A stretch of 62,187 bases of DNA, counting the filler, from Vannella sp. (lineage: Eukaryota): NCBI GenBank assembly GCA_023345925.1. It is 8 parts of 8 records of this genome, joined end to end, with 100 filler letters (N's around TTAATTAATTAA, not from the genome) between each part and the next. Parts side by side here need not be neighbours in the genome. Positions count along the whole stretch, not along the records: positions 1 to 4,479 come from JAJQQN010000504.1; positions 4,580 to 9,246 come from JAJQQN010000805.1; positions 9,347 to 15,209 come from JAJQQN010001241.1; 5 more parts are not named here. The stretch is one strand, 5' to 3'. Both the position numbers and the translations under genes were made by a program. Below are positions 1-10,359 of this stretch, piece after piece. Below the pieces are notes generated by a model, which worked only from the letters and a program-made list of their open reading frames with translations, did not search any database and was not told the DNA's origin. The first letter of the stretch is position 1, and every line of letters begins with the position of its first letter.

Positions 1-1452
1 GTGGGGAGTCTTTGTAGCGAAGATTCTGATTTGGGGTTTGGGTTAGGGATGGACCTCCCTTGGGACTATGTTGACTTGGAGACATCGAAAGTATAGAAAA
101 GAATCCTACTTGACTTCCAAGCTCATTACAGAGGCATGCAACCTTCACAGACCGAGTTTGAGACCTCTTTGGGACAATCCCGGAAAATGTCTGATGTCTA
201 GAATGTCAATGGAAGCAGCTCAAAGCACGTTTATAGGAAGTTTTGGTGTGTTAATTAATCTTTCAGAAGAGAAAAAAAGACACTAAGAGAGTCATTATTG
301 GCAAATGTATGCGAAGAGGGGGAAACTGAGACTCTTTCGTTGTGAGTGGTAAGTGGTCGAAGAGGGTCCCTATTGATACATATTGATCCGATTCCAAATA
401 TAATCCAAATCGTCTTGCGTGATCAAGAGCTGCAGGTAGCGCAAGGGCGAAATGCTCGAAATCCTGCTTCAAATGGACTTTTGAACTCAGATTGCTCTTT
501 CTCCTCCAAACACACCGCTCAGGCTCAATCGTGATCTTATGAAGTCATCGAAAGATCTCCTCTATCTTCTATAGGTTCAAAAGAGCCCCCAATGGTTCAG
601 GATGAGGGCCCAAGACAGACATTCAGCTTGCCATCCCCAACCCAAAACAGCCCCATGCCTTCCATGTCTGATCATGTAATAGTTTTTAAAGCGACTATGT
701 TTTAATAATACTAGTATCTTGAGATCATCTGCGATGTTGTAGTCGTGAGACCTCATCACACTTATCTCTTTTTCCGGACTCCGCAGCTTTTATCTAATGT
801 ACCGATTACTAGTGCAACACTTGCCTTCCTCCTTACTCTGAGGACACTGTTATACTTTGATTTGATCATCTACAGACCTTGAAGACCGCTGCAGTAGTAG
901 TGATATTCAACTGCTCCCTCCTGGGGTGCGCCTCAAAATGGCTGCAGAGCCTCTGCAGAGCCTCTGCAGAGTCTCTCAAGAGGCTCTATAGTGTGGATAG
1001 ATCCCTTGGGACAGAAGAGAGTTCTCGTAAGGAGAGCTCTCGGCAGTGGTCCGTTGACTGATCAGTGCAGACGTATCTCAAATTCGCTGATAAATGGGAG
1101 GGAATGGGTGGGTCAACATTCAGTGAGTGCGGAACAGACCCTTTTCGTCTTTTCTCCGTACTATGACCTTCTGAGCTTCATCTTCCGGCTTTATTAACCC
1201 GTGTTCGTGACCAAAACCGGTTTTCCACAAAAAAAAGGTCAAATTTCGCACGCCTTGTGACCTTCATCCAGCTCGACGAGGGCATTTCACCCAAAAAAGA
1301 AAAATCAGCAAAAGCTGAAACATCTTCCCCACAAGCTTGGATAATCTGTCCACAGGTTATATTAAAATGAAGGAATCTTCCGAAGGGAAATCCTGTTCGC
1401 ATGAATGGCATTCTGATTGGGTGGACGAACTAGTCTCTCGGTCGCTTGTCGA

Positions 1453-3142
1453 ATGAGCGTGGCGGTGATCCTCCTCTCGGCCATCGCGATCGGCCTGGGC
1501 ACTCTCTATGTGTTTGTAAGAGAAGGGATAATGCGTTGGGTTGGTGGCTGACGAGGAGGTAGTTGTGGGTGATCGTTCCCAGCAAGTACAAGCGCCTTGA
1601 TCAGCTGCCAGGCCCTCCTAAGCACTGGTTGAAGGGGACTATGCATTACACTCGCAAGGGATCCCAGAACTTCAAGGATCACATGGTTCTCACCGAGCGC
1701 TATGGCGGTGTTGTGCGGTAGGCGAGTTTGCGTCCTACCGTCCGGAGACTCATCGAAGTGGTTGGTCCCTTAGGCTGTGGCGAGGTCCCTTCTTCCCTAT
1801 TGTTGCTGTCTACGGCGCTGAGGAAGCTAAGGTGATCCTCTCTCGCTCTCATCCAAAGGCTTCGTCCTACAAGTGGGTCAACAACTGGCTTGGCAGTGGG
1901 CTTCTCACAGCCACCACCCTGAACGGTCTCTGGAAGCGTAAGCGAAGGATGATCACCCCTGCTTTCCACATGGGAATCCTCCAACGCTACGTCCCAGTCT
2001 TCTGCGAGCACGCCGATCTCCTCATCGAGAAGTGGATGGTCGAGGCCAAGGCTCAGCGTCAAGTGGACATTGTCAACGACATCACCACGTCTGCTCTGGA
2101 TATCATCGGCCAATGCGCTTTTGGATATGAGTTTGACGCTCTTCAACAGGGCAAGGACAAGCATCCCTACGTTAAGGCCATCTATTCCTGCACAGACAGG
2201 ATCTATGACCGTGCGTTCCGCCCTTGGTTGTATCCTGAATTCACTTGGACACGTTCCACTATCGGGAAGGAGTACACCAACTCTGTCCAGGTCATCCATG
2301 ACTTTGCCACGTCTGTCATTTCTCAACGCCGCGCCCTGTGGAAGACCGAAGAAGGTCGCCAGGAGTTGGAGAACCGGAAGAAGTTGGATTTCGTTGATAT
2401 TTTGCTCACCTCAAAGGACGAGGACGGAAACGAATTGTCGGATCAGGAAATTCGAGATGAGTGCAACACGTTCATCTTTGAGGGTCACGATACGACCAGT
2501 GCTGCCTTATCTTGGACTTTCTATCTCATCTCTTTGCATCCTGAGGTGGAGAAGAAGGTACTTGCAGAGATTGAGGAGGTTTTGGGAGACAAGAAACACC
2601 CCGACTATGAAGATATGGCGAAGTTCAAGTACCTGGGACTTTGCATTAAGGAAGGACTTCGCCTTTATCCTTCAGTGCCCACTATTGCTCGCTGCATGGA
2701 CGAAGACACTGATGTGAACGGCCATATCGTACCCAAGGGAGTAAGTCTCTTTCAAAGTAGTGTCCCTGCTCACGTTGCCTTTCTTAGACTGATGTTTATG
2801 TTCATCCCTATGTGATTCACCGCCAAGGGGAACAATGGGAGAACCCCGAAGTGTTCGATCCGGAGCGTCACACGGCTGCCAATTCTAAAGAGCGCCATCC
2901 TTTCGCTTTTGTTCCATTCAGCGCCGGTCCAAGAAAGTAAGTTGCTTGAAATGATGGCGAATGCTGACTGCCCGTGTAGCTGTGTCGGACAGAACTTTGC
3001 CCTCCACGAAGAAAAGTGCGTTTTGGCCTTGGTTCTCCGCAAGCTGAAGATGCGACCCATTGAAGGACACCCAATCGCCATGTTCCCTGCTCTCATTAGC
3101 CGACCTGAACATGGAATCCTGATGCAATTGGAGCCACGATAA
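1453..3142 (+). CDS. Cytochrome P450, CYP4-clan-like, 5 exons
   Basis: N-terminal anchor MSVAVILLSAIAIGLG, then LPGP; I-helix FEGHDTT; K-helix EGLR; heme motif PFSAGPRN|CVGQ restored by splicing. Introns read at 1516-1562, 1718-1773, 2741-2787, 2937-2979. Confidence 0.93.
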
Positions 3143-3564
3143 GGATCTCCATTTATTTCAATGAATCAGAGCCATCTTTCTTTCAGCCAGTTTCTGTTGA
3201 ACTTCTTTCTCACAATACTAACTCCAACATGATCTACATACAGCCTCTTCGTCAGATCCATAATCTTTGAGGCAATGTCAATTAGGCGAGAAGTCTCGAG
3301 GCGGCTGGTGATCCAAAGGACAGCTTTTTTCCCTTATTGGGTCCTCAACTATCCAAATAGTGAGAAATGAAAACAGTCCAAAAACTTGCCCTAAAGAGAT
3401 GGAGGTCATCAGGGCAAGCATCGCAAACACGAGTTCTCTTCCCCTTGGATGTGGATTATCTCAAACCCTTTCCTTATTGGTCCATTTTTATCCCTTCGAG
3501 ATTATTTTGTTTCTTCAAATCTTCCTGACTTGTGTAGTGGATTGATTCTTGGGGATTTGCCATT

Positions 3565-4479
3565 TTGTTGATGAAAGTAAGAGCAGTGTGGGTGTTGGTG
3601 GGCATCATGCTGGTTTCCATTCTCTTGTTATCAAGGAGGCTGGGGTATGGGCGATCACAACTCGAGTGGCAATCTACAAAGCTGCCCCAGGATCAGTCAG
3701 TGAATGGTGCCGCTTTGCTGATCAACGAAGGGCAAGGAGACGGGGAGATCTCTCAAGAGGGTAACAACAGCTCTCTGAGCTCGAAAAGAGAAGTTTCTGC
3801 TTCGATCTTCTGCGTCGATTCATTATGCTACACGGTGGATTCTCCCCCGATCCTGCAGAAGTGTACTCGAGCGAAAGTTCGGCTCCTCCCCACTTTGCCG
3901 AGTTCCTTGGAGCAGCTGGAGCTGCACCAAAGTGGACAATATCTTACAATCGAGTGTTCAGGATCCAAAAGACCAGCGGATGACTCCCAACCTGAGGACG
4001 AGCCCTTCTACTTTATCCGGCGGTTTCCTTTCTTTGTTGATGCTCTTGAGCTCTGGTAAGCCATTCTAGAAGAAATTTTGGCGTTATTTTCACAACGTAC
4101 GAAGTTTGGAGGCCTTCTATCTTTTACCCAGACGACTCCACAGACCAGTGCTACTTGAAAGTGACCAGAAACCCCCTCTCTGGTCCAAAAGTGGAGCAAT
4201 TTGTGGCCCAATATCAAGTGAACGAGTGGACCGAACATGAAGATCCAAATGAGTATTGTGTCTATTGTCAGGGTGAGCAAAAAGGCATCTCAATTGCATT
4301 ACATTGCTGACTCTAAAAAGCTTGGCTCCATCGGAGTATCCCGACGGCCCAGCACTTCCTTCTCTACGATAACGAAGGAGACCCATTATGGAAGACTCCT
4401 AGTTCTTTAGTTCTGTCTCGCGGAGAGTGGTTGGTAAGCAAAAGTTCCAACATATATTTTTCTGACGGGAGGATGCTCC
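3565..4479 (+). CDS. Hypothetical type II membrane protein, multi-exon, cut by contig end
   Basis: Hydrophobic N-terminal anchor (VWVLVGIMLVSILLLS) and several GTAAG/GTGAG donors near 4056, 4272 and 4434. Exon phasing unresolved; no family recognised. Confidence 0.45.
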
Positions 4480-4579
4480 NNNNNNNNNNNNNNNNNNNNN
4501 NNNNNNNNNNNNNNNNNNNNNNNTTAATTAATTAANNNNNNNNNNNNNNNNNNNNNNNNNNNNNNNNNNNNNNNNNNNN
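4480..4579. other. Artificial contig linker (N44-TTAATTAATTAA-N44)
   Basis: Identical 100-nt spacer with stops in all six frames, seen 7 times in the window. Confidence 0.99.
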
Positions 4580-5146
4580 CCAAGAAGGAGATCACCAAAG
4601 CTCTTCAGAAGAAGATAAAAATGATGAAGAGGAATTCGGATAGCACCCTGAGCTCTGCTAAGTCCAAACTCCCAAAACCACATTGAAAGATGGGGAATTT
4701 TATGTGTAAAAATCTTGTGGTACAAACGTTGGCAGAACGATCTGCTGTATCCATTCAAGGACAACGATTCCTAATGAGCACTTTGGAAGACTCCATCGAC
4801 GCAATCCCTGGCTCCGCTACTCAGTTTTCAGCTTTAAGACTATGTGAAAACTCCAAATCTCCCTTAGTGTAAACTCCCAGGATCCCAGGAGCTGATGAAA
4901 TCGATGGAAAGGGAAAATCGGGGTTTGCATTTTGAAGCCAGTCGAGGGTCTTTTAATGCCACGAGTGTATGAAATGAATAGACGTTTGTCTATTCTAACT
5001 AATGAATGACACTCACCATCTGGTCCACAGTTAGGGTGGTGCAACGGACTTTCGACGGTCCAGGCCGGACTTATTTACAGAAAGTTCGCAAAATTTCGAT
5101 GATTCCGGGGAATACGTTGTAAAGTGCTTCTAAAATCGACTGGCAT

Positions 5147-5366
5147 CAGGGATGGTTATGGCTAAGTTTTTAAAAGCCGTAAGGATTTCGGGGTGGCAGT
5201 ATCTTCGTGTGGCTAAGCAATAACCGTCCCTAAAATCCTTCAGTAGTATTGTTCTTTGATCCTAATCAATCAGCTGTGGTTATGGTTCTGCCAGAAGAAG
5301 CAATAGCCATCCCGAAGACACCCGAAATCCTTAGCGGCTTTTAATAACTAGCCGCTACCATCCCTG
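5147..5366. mobile_element. Non-autonomous hAT-like MITE (about 220 bp) with imperfect long terminal inverted repeats
   Basis: The left arm CAGGGATGGTTATGGCTAAGTTTTTAAAAGCCGTAAGGATTTCGGGG matches the reverse complement of the right arm (CAGGGATGGTAGCGGCTAGTTATTAAAAGCCGCTAAGGATTTCGGG). The CAGGGATG terminus resembles Ac/Ds hAT ends. No intact 8-bp TSD. Confidence 0.7.
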
Positions 5367-5454
5367 ATTCATACACTGTCTCTGCCAACTCTAATCCTTG
5401 GCAGAGAAAGAGTCAAAAAGTGCTCACTTCTGAAGAGTTCCAAGAACACAAGAT

Positions 5455-6720
5455 TCAGTCTAAACGGCTTTTTGTCCAAGAAAGGAGCAATTTAATGAAG
5501 TAGATAAGAGGCCTATCCCATCGCGCAAAGTTCCTCAGATTTCTACATTCTAGTAGAAACGAGGATTCCATCTGAGTGAGACATCCAATACCTGTTATCA
5601 CACTGCCTCTAATGTACGTTGGCTGCATTCCTCGGTACCAATGACTCTGGAAGACCCCTTTGATAGTTTGTGTGAGAATCGGCCGAGAGTCAAATTGAAC
5701 TCTTACCTGTTGCCGCAGGATCTCGATTTGGTCTGCATGGGGGAGAGTTATACTGTCATCTGAAGGATACCCTCTGTGGATAGGAATATCATGAGCGGGA
5801 ATGATCCCTTGCTGAGAGCTCCTGCGGTGAATAGCGGAAGACTTGGAGTAGGCAATTGCTCCTAAGCAAGCCATCAAGGAGCCAGTCATATTTACGAGGG
5901 TGAGAGGAGTCCCAAAACACCAAATAGCAACGAAAATGATGAAGATTCGCCGCATCGCCCCTCCCACAGCGTGAGAGAGTGGACTGATAATGGCAAGCAC
6001 CAGGAAAGAAATCGAGTTTCCTGCAGCATGCGCCATACACGCAACAAACAGAGATCTCCAGGATTCAACAGGAGGAAAGGGAGGCACAGAGCTGGTTAAA
6101 AGGAGGAAAGCGAACGTCCCTGACACCAACAAGACACCGCTAAGGGACAGATAGAGGCATAAAACCCAGCTTCCAAGACCGGAACTCTCTTGCAATCGCC
6201 TGGAATAGATGTTTCGCAGTGAAAAGAGCAAGTTGGAGAGCATGGCCGAGGCGAATCCAAGATGAGTGTAACTCACTTCGGTTCCAGTGGCGATGATTAT
6301 GCCCAGGACGATTGGAGCGAGGCTTAGTAGCATGTAGAAGCTTGGTTTGGTTCGAAAGAGAATGAAACCGAGGACAACTATGAAGAAAGGCTCCGCAGCT
6401 TTGACAGTTTGTGTGAAGGAGACGGCAACGGCTCCCAGGCTGAGGTTCGTCATCAGATGGCCTACTCCATTCATCAAGCAGATAGAATACAGTTGACGGG
6501 TGCTTCTAGTATCCATGATAGGCACTATGGGAGCTTGGGACCTCTGATGGATGACGAATAAAGCTGCCACAGCCAACAAAGCCCCTGCTAAGTACTGTCC
6601 GAGCGTCAAGTACAAAGTAGAGTGGTAAATACTCAAGAACACCTTGCTCTGGATGCTTCCAAGTGTCCCAAACAAGTACCACAGCGCAATCAGACCGATT
6701 GCTTGCCACTCAGGAGCCAT
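5455..6720 (-). CDS. Triose-phosphate/nucleotide-sugar transporter family (SLC35E-like); 3' end uncertain
   Basis: Motifs SLGAVAVSFTQTVKAAEPFF and ISPLSHAVGGAMRRIFII with many hydrophobic helices. A likely GTAAG donor near 5706 may change the C-terminus. Confidence 0.88.
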   Translation of the reverse strand: MAPEWQAIGLIALWYLFGTLGSIQSKVFLSIYHSTLYLTLGQYLAGALLAVAALFVIHQRSQAPIVPIMDTRSTRQLYSICLMNGVGHLMTNLSLGAVAVSFTQTVKAAEPFFIVVLGFILFRTKPSFYMLLSLAPIVLGIIIATGTEVSYTHLGFASAMLSNLLFSLRNIYSRRLQESSGLGSWVLCLYLSLSGVLLVSGTFAFLLLTSSVPPFPPVESWRSLFVACMAHAAGNSISFLVLAIISPLSHAVGGAMRRIFIIFVAIWCFGTPLTLVNMTGSLMACLGAIAYSKSSAIHRRSSQQGIIPAHDIPIHRGYPSDDSITLPHADQIEILRQQVRVQFDSRPILTQTIKGVFQSHWYRGMQPTYIRGSVITGIGCLTQMESSFLLECRNLRNFARWDRPLIYFIKLLLSWTKSRLD

Positions 6721-6825
6721 TCTCCCTCTCTGAGAGGCCAAAAAAGGGTTCAGGAGTCTCTGGACAACGCAAATAGAATGATTTATTGGTTACATTCAGA
6801 GATTGGCTCATTGTGGCTGAGCAGT

Positions 6826-8661
6826 TTAGGCGCGGCTGAAGTCACGGCCAGAGAAGATCACTTTGATCCAGTCGAAGGCAATTGCCGCCTATTCGGAGTG
6901 AGATAAGGGGAGTTTGAGACTGGATAGAAGTACGTACCATGTTGGAGAAGCTGTACTGCTTTGTAAGGTAAGCACCGCGCCACATAATCCACGCGGCAAA
7001 CCCCGAGAATGCTCCAACATCGGTGTCGATGACGGAGTCATTCTTTCCCACGTAAGCAAAGCTTCCCATGTGATGGTAGTGGAATGTATCTCCTTCTTCC
7101 AACCCTTCCTTGTAGAGGTGCTTGTTGAACAACTGGGCGAGATACTTCCCTTGTTGACTGGCCACTTGAGCGGTTGCCGGAAGCATTGTTAAACCTTGGT
7201 CAATCTCTTTGATCATGTTTTCGAACTCATTCCGAGTGAGAACGTTGTCCTTGTTGACGTCAAAGCGTTCAAAAAGGGTCTCAATCCCTTTAGCATGGAG
7301 CTTCATTTGAGGGTAAACCTCTCCGACTTTCTGAGCAAACTGGTAGACCTCTTCCTTGGTCAGTTCGTTGTCCCCATCAAGGTCAGCTTGTTCAAAAAGC
7401 TCAGCTACTTTTCTAATCATCTTGTCTTGTTCAATGCTGCCGCAATCTCCCAGGGCGAAGATTTCAGGAGCTCCTTTGACTCTCAAACGAGCATCCGTTG
7501 TGATAGCCCGGCGGTTCTTTTGCGTTTCTGGCAAAGAAGTGATAAGAGACTTGGCTAGCTCTGTCTGCGCTACACCAGTAGACCAGATGCAAGTGCCATA
7601 GGGAACAGGAGTCTTCTGATTGGTAGCTTTGTCGAGAATCACAATATTCTCTTTCTCTACGGCTGTGACACGAGAATTGAAGATGACATTAATGTTCTGA
7701 CGCTCAAAGGCCTCTCTGGTCCTCTCTGAGATGGCTGCGCTGTAGGTATTGAGTAGCAAGTCACCTGACTGGACCAGAGAAACCTTCATAAAAGGCCTCA
7801 ATTGAGGATAATACTCTGCAATGTCCTCGTCCAAGAAGTCCTGGATCTCTGCTGCAGTCTCTACTCCAGTTGGACCCCCACCAACGATCACAAAGTGCAA
7901 GAGACGGCGCTTCTCGGCCTCGGTCTGACCAGGAAGGTTGGCAGTTTCGATGCAATCGAGCATGTGGTTGCGCAGACGGCGTGCGTCTTCGATAGTCTTG
8001 ACAAAGAAGGCGTTTTCGGTCACTCCAGGAGTGCCAAAGGTGTCGTTGGTCGATCCCACAGCCACAACCAAGTAGTCGTACTCAAGTTCGAAGCTTCTGA
8101 CACCCGATGCGATGGGAGAGATGTCCTGGCATTGGATCTTCTTAGCTACTGGGTCAATAGAATGACAGCTAGCTTCGTAGAACTGCACGGAATCGTCAGC
8201 AACTTGCTTAAAGAACTTGCGAGCAGGCTGGATGATGCTACTGAGCTGAAGGGTGCCCACCACAGCAGAAGGAAGTAGTGGGGTGAATAAGAAGTAGTTT
8301 GTAGGTGAGACCATCGTCACATCATACGCTTGCGTGTTGATAGAGCTGAGTATGTTCACCGCCGCCCACCCCGAGCCCAATATGACGAGCTTCTTGCGTT
8401 CTTCAGCAGGCAGATGAACAGTAGACCGTCTCTCTCTAAATGCATCAACTGCGTACACGACCCCACCAACTGCCACTGCACAAAGTAGCAAACGCCCCAC
8501 CCCTGCTTCCATTGCTCGTGGGCGAGCCCTTTTCACCCCGTTAGCCCGCCCTTCTGCCAGGTAGAGGTCACTCACCCTCCATTCCACCGTTTCATTACAC
8601 TAGAGACTGCCTTCTGCTCCGCCTCAACGCGAGGGATTGGCGGGGACCCCAGTCGGAGCAT
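6826..8661 (-). CDS. Type II NAD(P)H:quinone oxidoreductase with EF-hand insert (external NDB-like)
   Basis: ILGSGWAA and VGGGPTGVE nucleotide-binding motifs; EF-hands DLDGDNELTKEE and DVNKDNVLTRNE; PATAQVASQQG. The spliced last exon gives the typical DWIKVIFSGRDFSR end, and a spliced first exon starts MLRLGS at 8661 (alternative ATGs at 8595 and 8512). Confidence 0.93.
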
Positions 8662-8801
8662 GAAGAAGGAGAGAATGAGAAGAAGAAGGAGAGAATGAGA
8701 GGTTCTGTCTGTTCAGAAGTTCCAGGAAAGGAACGGGTCCCATTGTGGGTGCCTTGGTGAGGGCTGGAGAAGAGAAAGAAACGGTTTATCGTGTCGCGAA
8801 G

Positions 8802-9092
8802 TTACTGTCCTCCCACTTGCTGTAAAAGCACGTCAATGGTGTCCCCATCCTCCATTTCCAGTTCCAAAGGCGTGTTCGTATCACGAATACGCTCCCCTCG
8901 GAAGGAGAAACGAATTTCAGAGCGGTTCGTGAGTCCCTTCCGTTCGCAGTAGGCATCGATCATCTTCTTCAACGTTGTCGATCTTTTGATCTTGAAGAGC
9001 ACTTCCTGCTCTTCCTGGTCCACCACTCGAATAGCAATCACCTCTGAAACTTTTGGTTTCACATCCTCTGAAAACGGCTTCACGTCAGACAT
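8802..9092 (-). CDS. SUMO: SUMO (small ubiquitin-like modifier)
   Basis: FKIKRSTTLKKMIDAYC...RFSFRGERI...TPLELEMEDGDTIDVLLQQVGG plus one residue; intronless. Confidence 0.95.
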   Translation of the reverse strand: MSDVKPFSEDVKPKVSEVIAIRVVDQEEQEVLFKIKRSTTLKKMIDAYCERKGLTNRSEIRFSFRGERIRDTNTPLELEMEDGDTIDVLLQQVGGQ

Positions 9093-9246
9093 GTTACGAA
9101 GAGACCGCTGACAAATAATGGCCTCGTTTCCCACTCCATAAATCAACCAAAATCATTAGATCCCTCTACTACGATTTTTCTTTTTAAGACAAGAGAAAAC
9201 CAAGGAGAAAAGTCACGAGCGGCGAGGGCATTTATTTCCCCTCTTT

Positions 9247-9346
9247 NNNNNNNNNNNNNNNNNNNNNNNNNNNNNNNNNNNNNNNNNNNNTTAATTAATT
9301 AANNNNNNNNNNNNNNNNNNNNNNNNNNNNNNNNNNNNNNNNNNNN
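9247..9346. other. Artificial contig linker
   Basis: N44-TTAATTAATTAA-N44. Confidence 0.99.
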
Positions 9347-9410
9347 TTTCGCGATCGAAAAAAATCCACGAAAATCCGCGATCGAAAAATCGCGGATTTT
9401 CTTCGATCGT
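9347..9410. repeat. Palindromic CGATCG/AAAATCC repeat cluster with a perfect 13-bp hairpin at a contig end
   Basis: GAAAATCCGCGAT-CGAAAA-ATCGCGGATTTTC plus three CGATCG copies. Confidence 0.6.
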
Positions 9411-9757
9411 GGGAGTTGGCGGCTCTCTCGGAGGCACGTGGTTGATTGGTTCGTTTTAATTTCTTCCTTTTTTTCTGGGACGTGATTGGTCCGCTTTATT
9501 CTGGAAATTATTTCTTTTTGTGGAACCCAAAAGAGTGATGGGATGTCCTGGGACCCAGGCTGTCGAAGAGACTGATGTTTAGGACCGTACTGGCCAAAGC
9601 CTGCTGGTTGAAGAGGTTAAATGAGCCCCACGTAAGTGGTAACCAAAGTGGTATTGCATCTGTACTTTGGCAAGAGGGCACGCATGCTCTCACCAACATG
9701 CGCGTGATCTCGTGCGGTCTGGTGACCACGAGAGACGGATAAAAGAAACCTTTTTAT

Positions 9758-10292
9758 TCAACACCTGGATGAAATGTCTTCGATTGCCAGTACGCGAGCG
9801 CCACTTCTGGTGTCAAACACGCGGTACACATCGTAAGGGATGGTCTGAGTGGTGGCACAAGTCACTTCATTGTAGGACATCGATGCATCCTTTTCTGTGG
9901 TCAATTTGACTTCCACAAATCGTTGCTCGGGAGTTCCCTCTCCAATCCCAATGTCATAAGGAAGTCCAGAATCTCCCTCCTTGTTGACCCAAACAGCTTG
10001 GAATGTCTTGGGAAGGATCGAGAACACCAATTGCTTAGCAAGATAAGCGCCAAATGTGGATGAAGAGTTCGTGCTAAGTTGCGAGCAGTTGGGGATCGTA
10101 AGGGATCTCTGACAGTTCGCAAACTTGATACTCTGATGAGGATACTTCAACGTGGTGGCCGTGAAACCGCACCTATTTGTGCAGGCCGGATCGATACATA
10201 GTAGGCCATGCGACGTCGTGTCCTGGTTAGACGATGGATCTCAAGAGGGCAAGAGATGGGCTCATTCTCACCACGGCTCTTCGAAGGGGCAT
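9758..10292 (-). CDS. Small stand-alone DUF3883 / NO VEIN C-terminal (PD-(D/E)XK-like) domain protein, about 161 aa
   Basis: WVNKEGDSGLPYDI...RFVEVKLTT...MSYNE...YDVYRV matches the DUF3883 pattern. An intron at 10223-10271 (GTGAGA...CTAACCAG) joins MPLRRAV in frame to a Cys-rich N-terminus. Confidence 0.78.
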
Positions 10293-10359
10293 TGGGTGGA
10301 CCAAGTGGTTGTTGGAACCTTCTTCTGTTTCTCGGAGGTTCTGTGTGGGTGTAGAGAGT

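Noticed and set aside
1..1440. Short ORFs, the palindromic 11-mer repeat (CTCTGCAGAGC, ~941-972) and a TTAACCC piggyBac-like end near 1194
   Set aside because: No recognisable protein family and no matching GGGTTAA end found; probably decayed sequence.
2741..2979. Apparent frameshifts and premature stops in P450 and many other genes
   Set aside because: All explained by short GT-AG introns that restore the frame; no need to invoke pseudogenes, recoding or an alternative genetic code.
5379..5407. 10-bp perfect hairpin TCTCTGCCAA/TTGGCAGAGA
   Set aside because: Looks like a bacterial terminator stem, but the context is eukaryotic and a single short stem can arise by chance.
8662..8700. Direct repeat GAAGAAGGAGAGAATGAGA x2 upstream of NDH2
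   Set aside because: Low-complexity purine tract duplication; no evidence of function.
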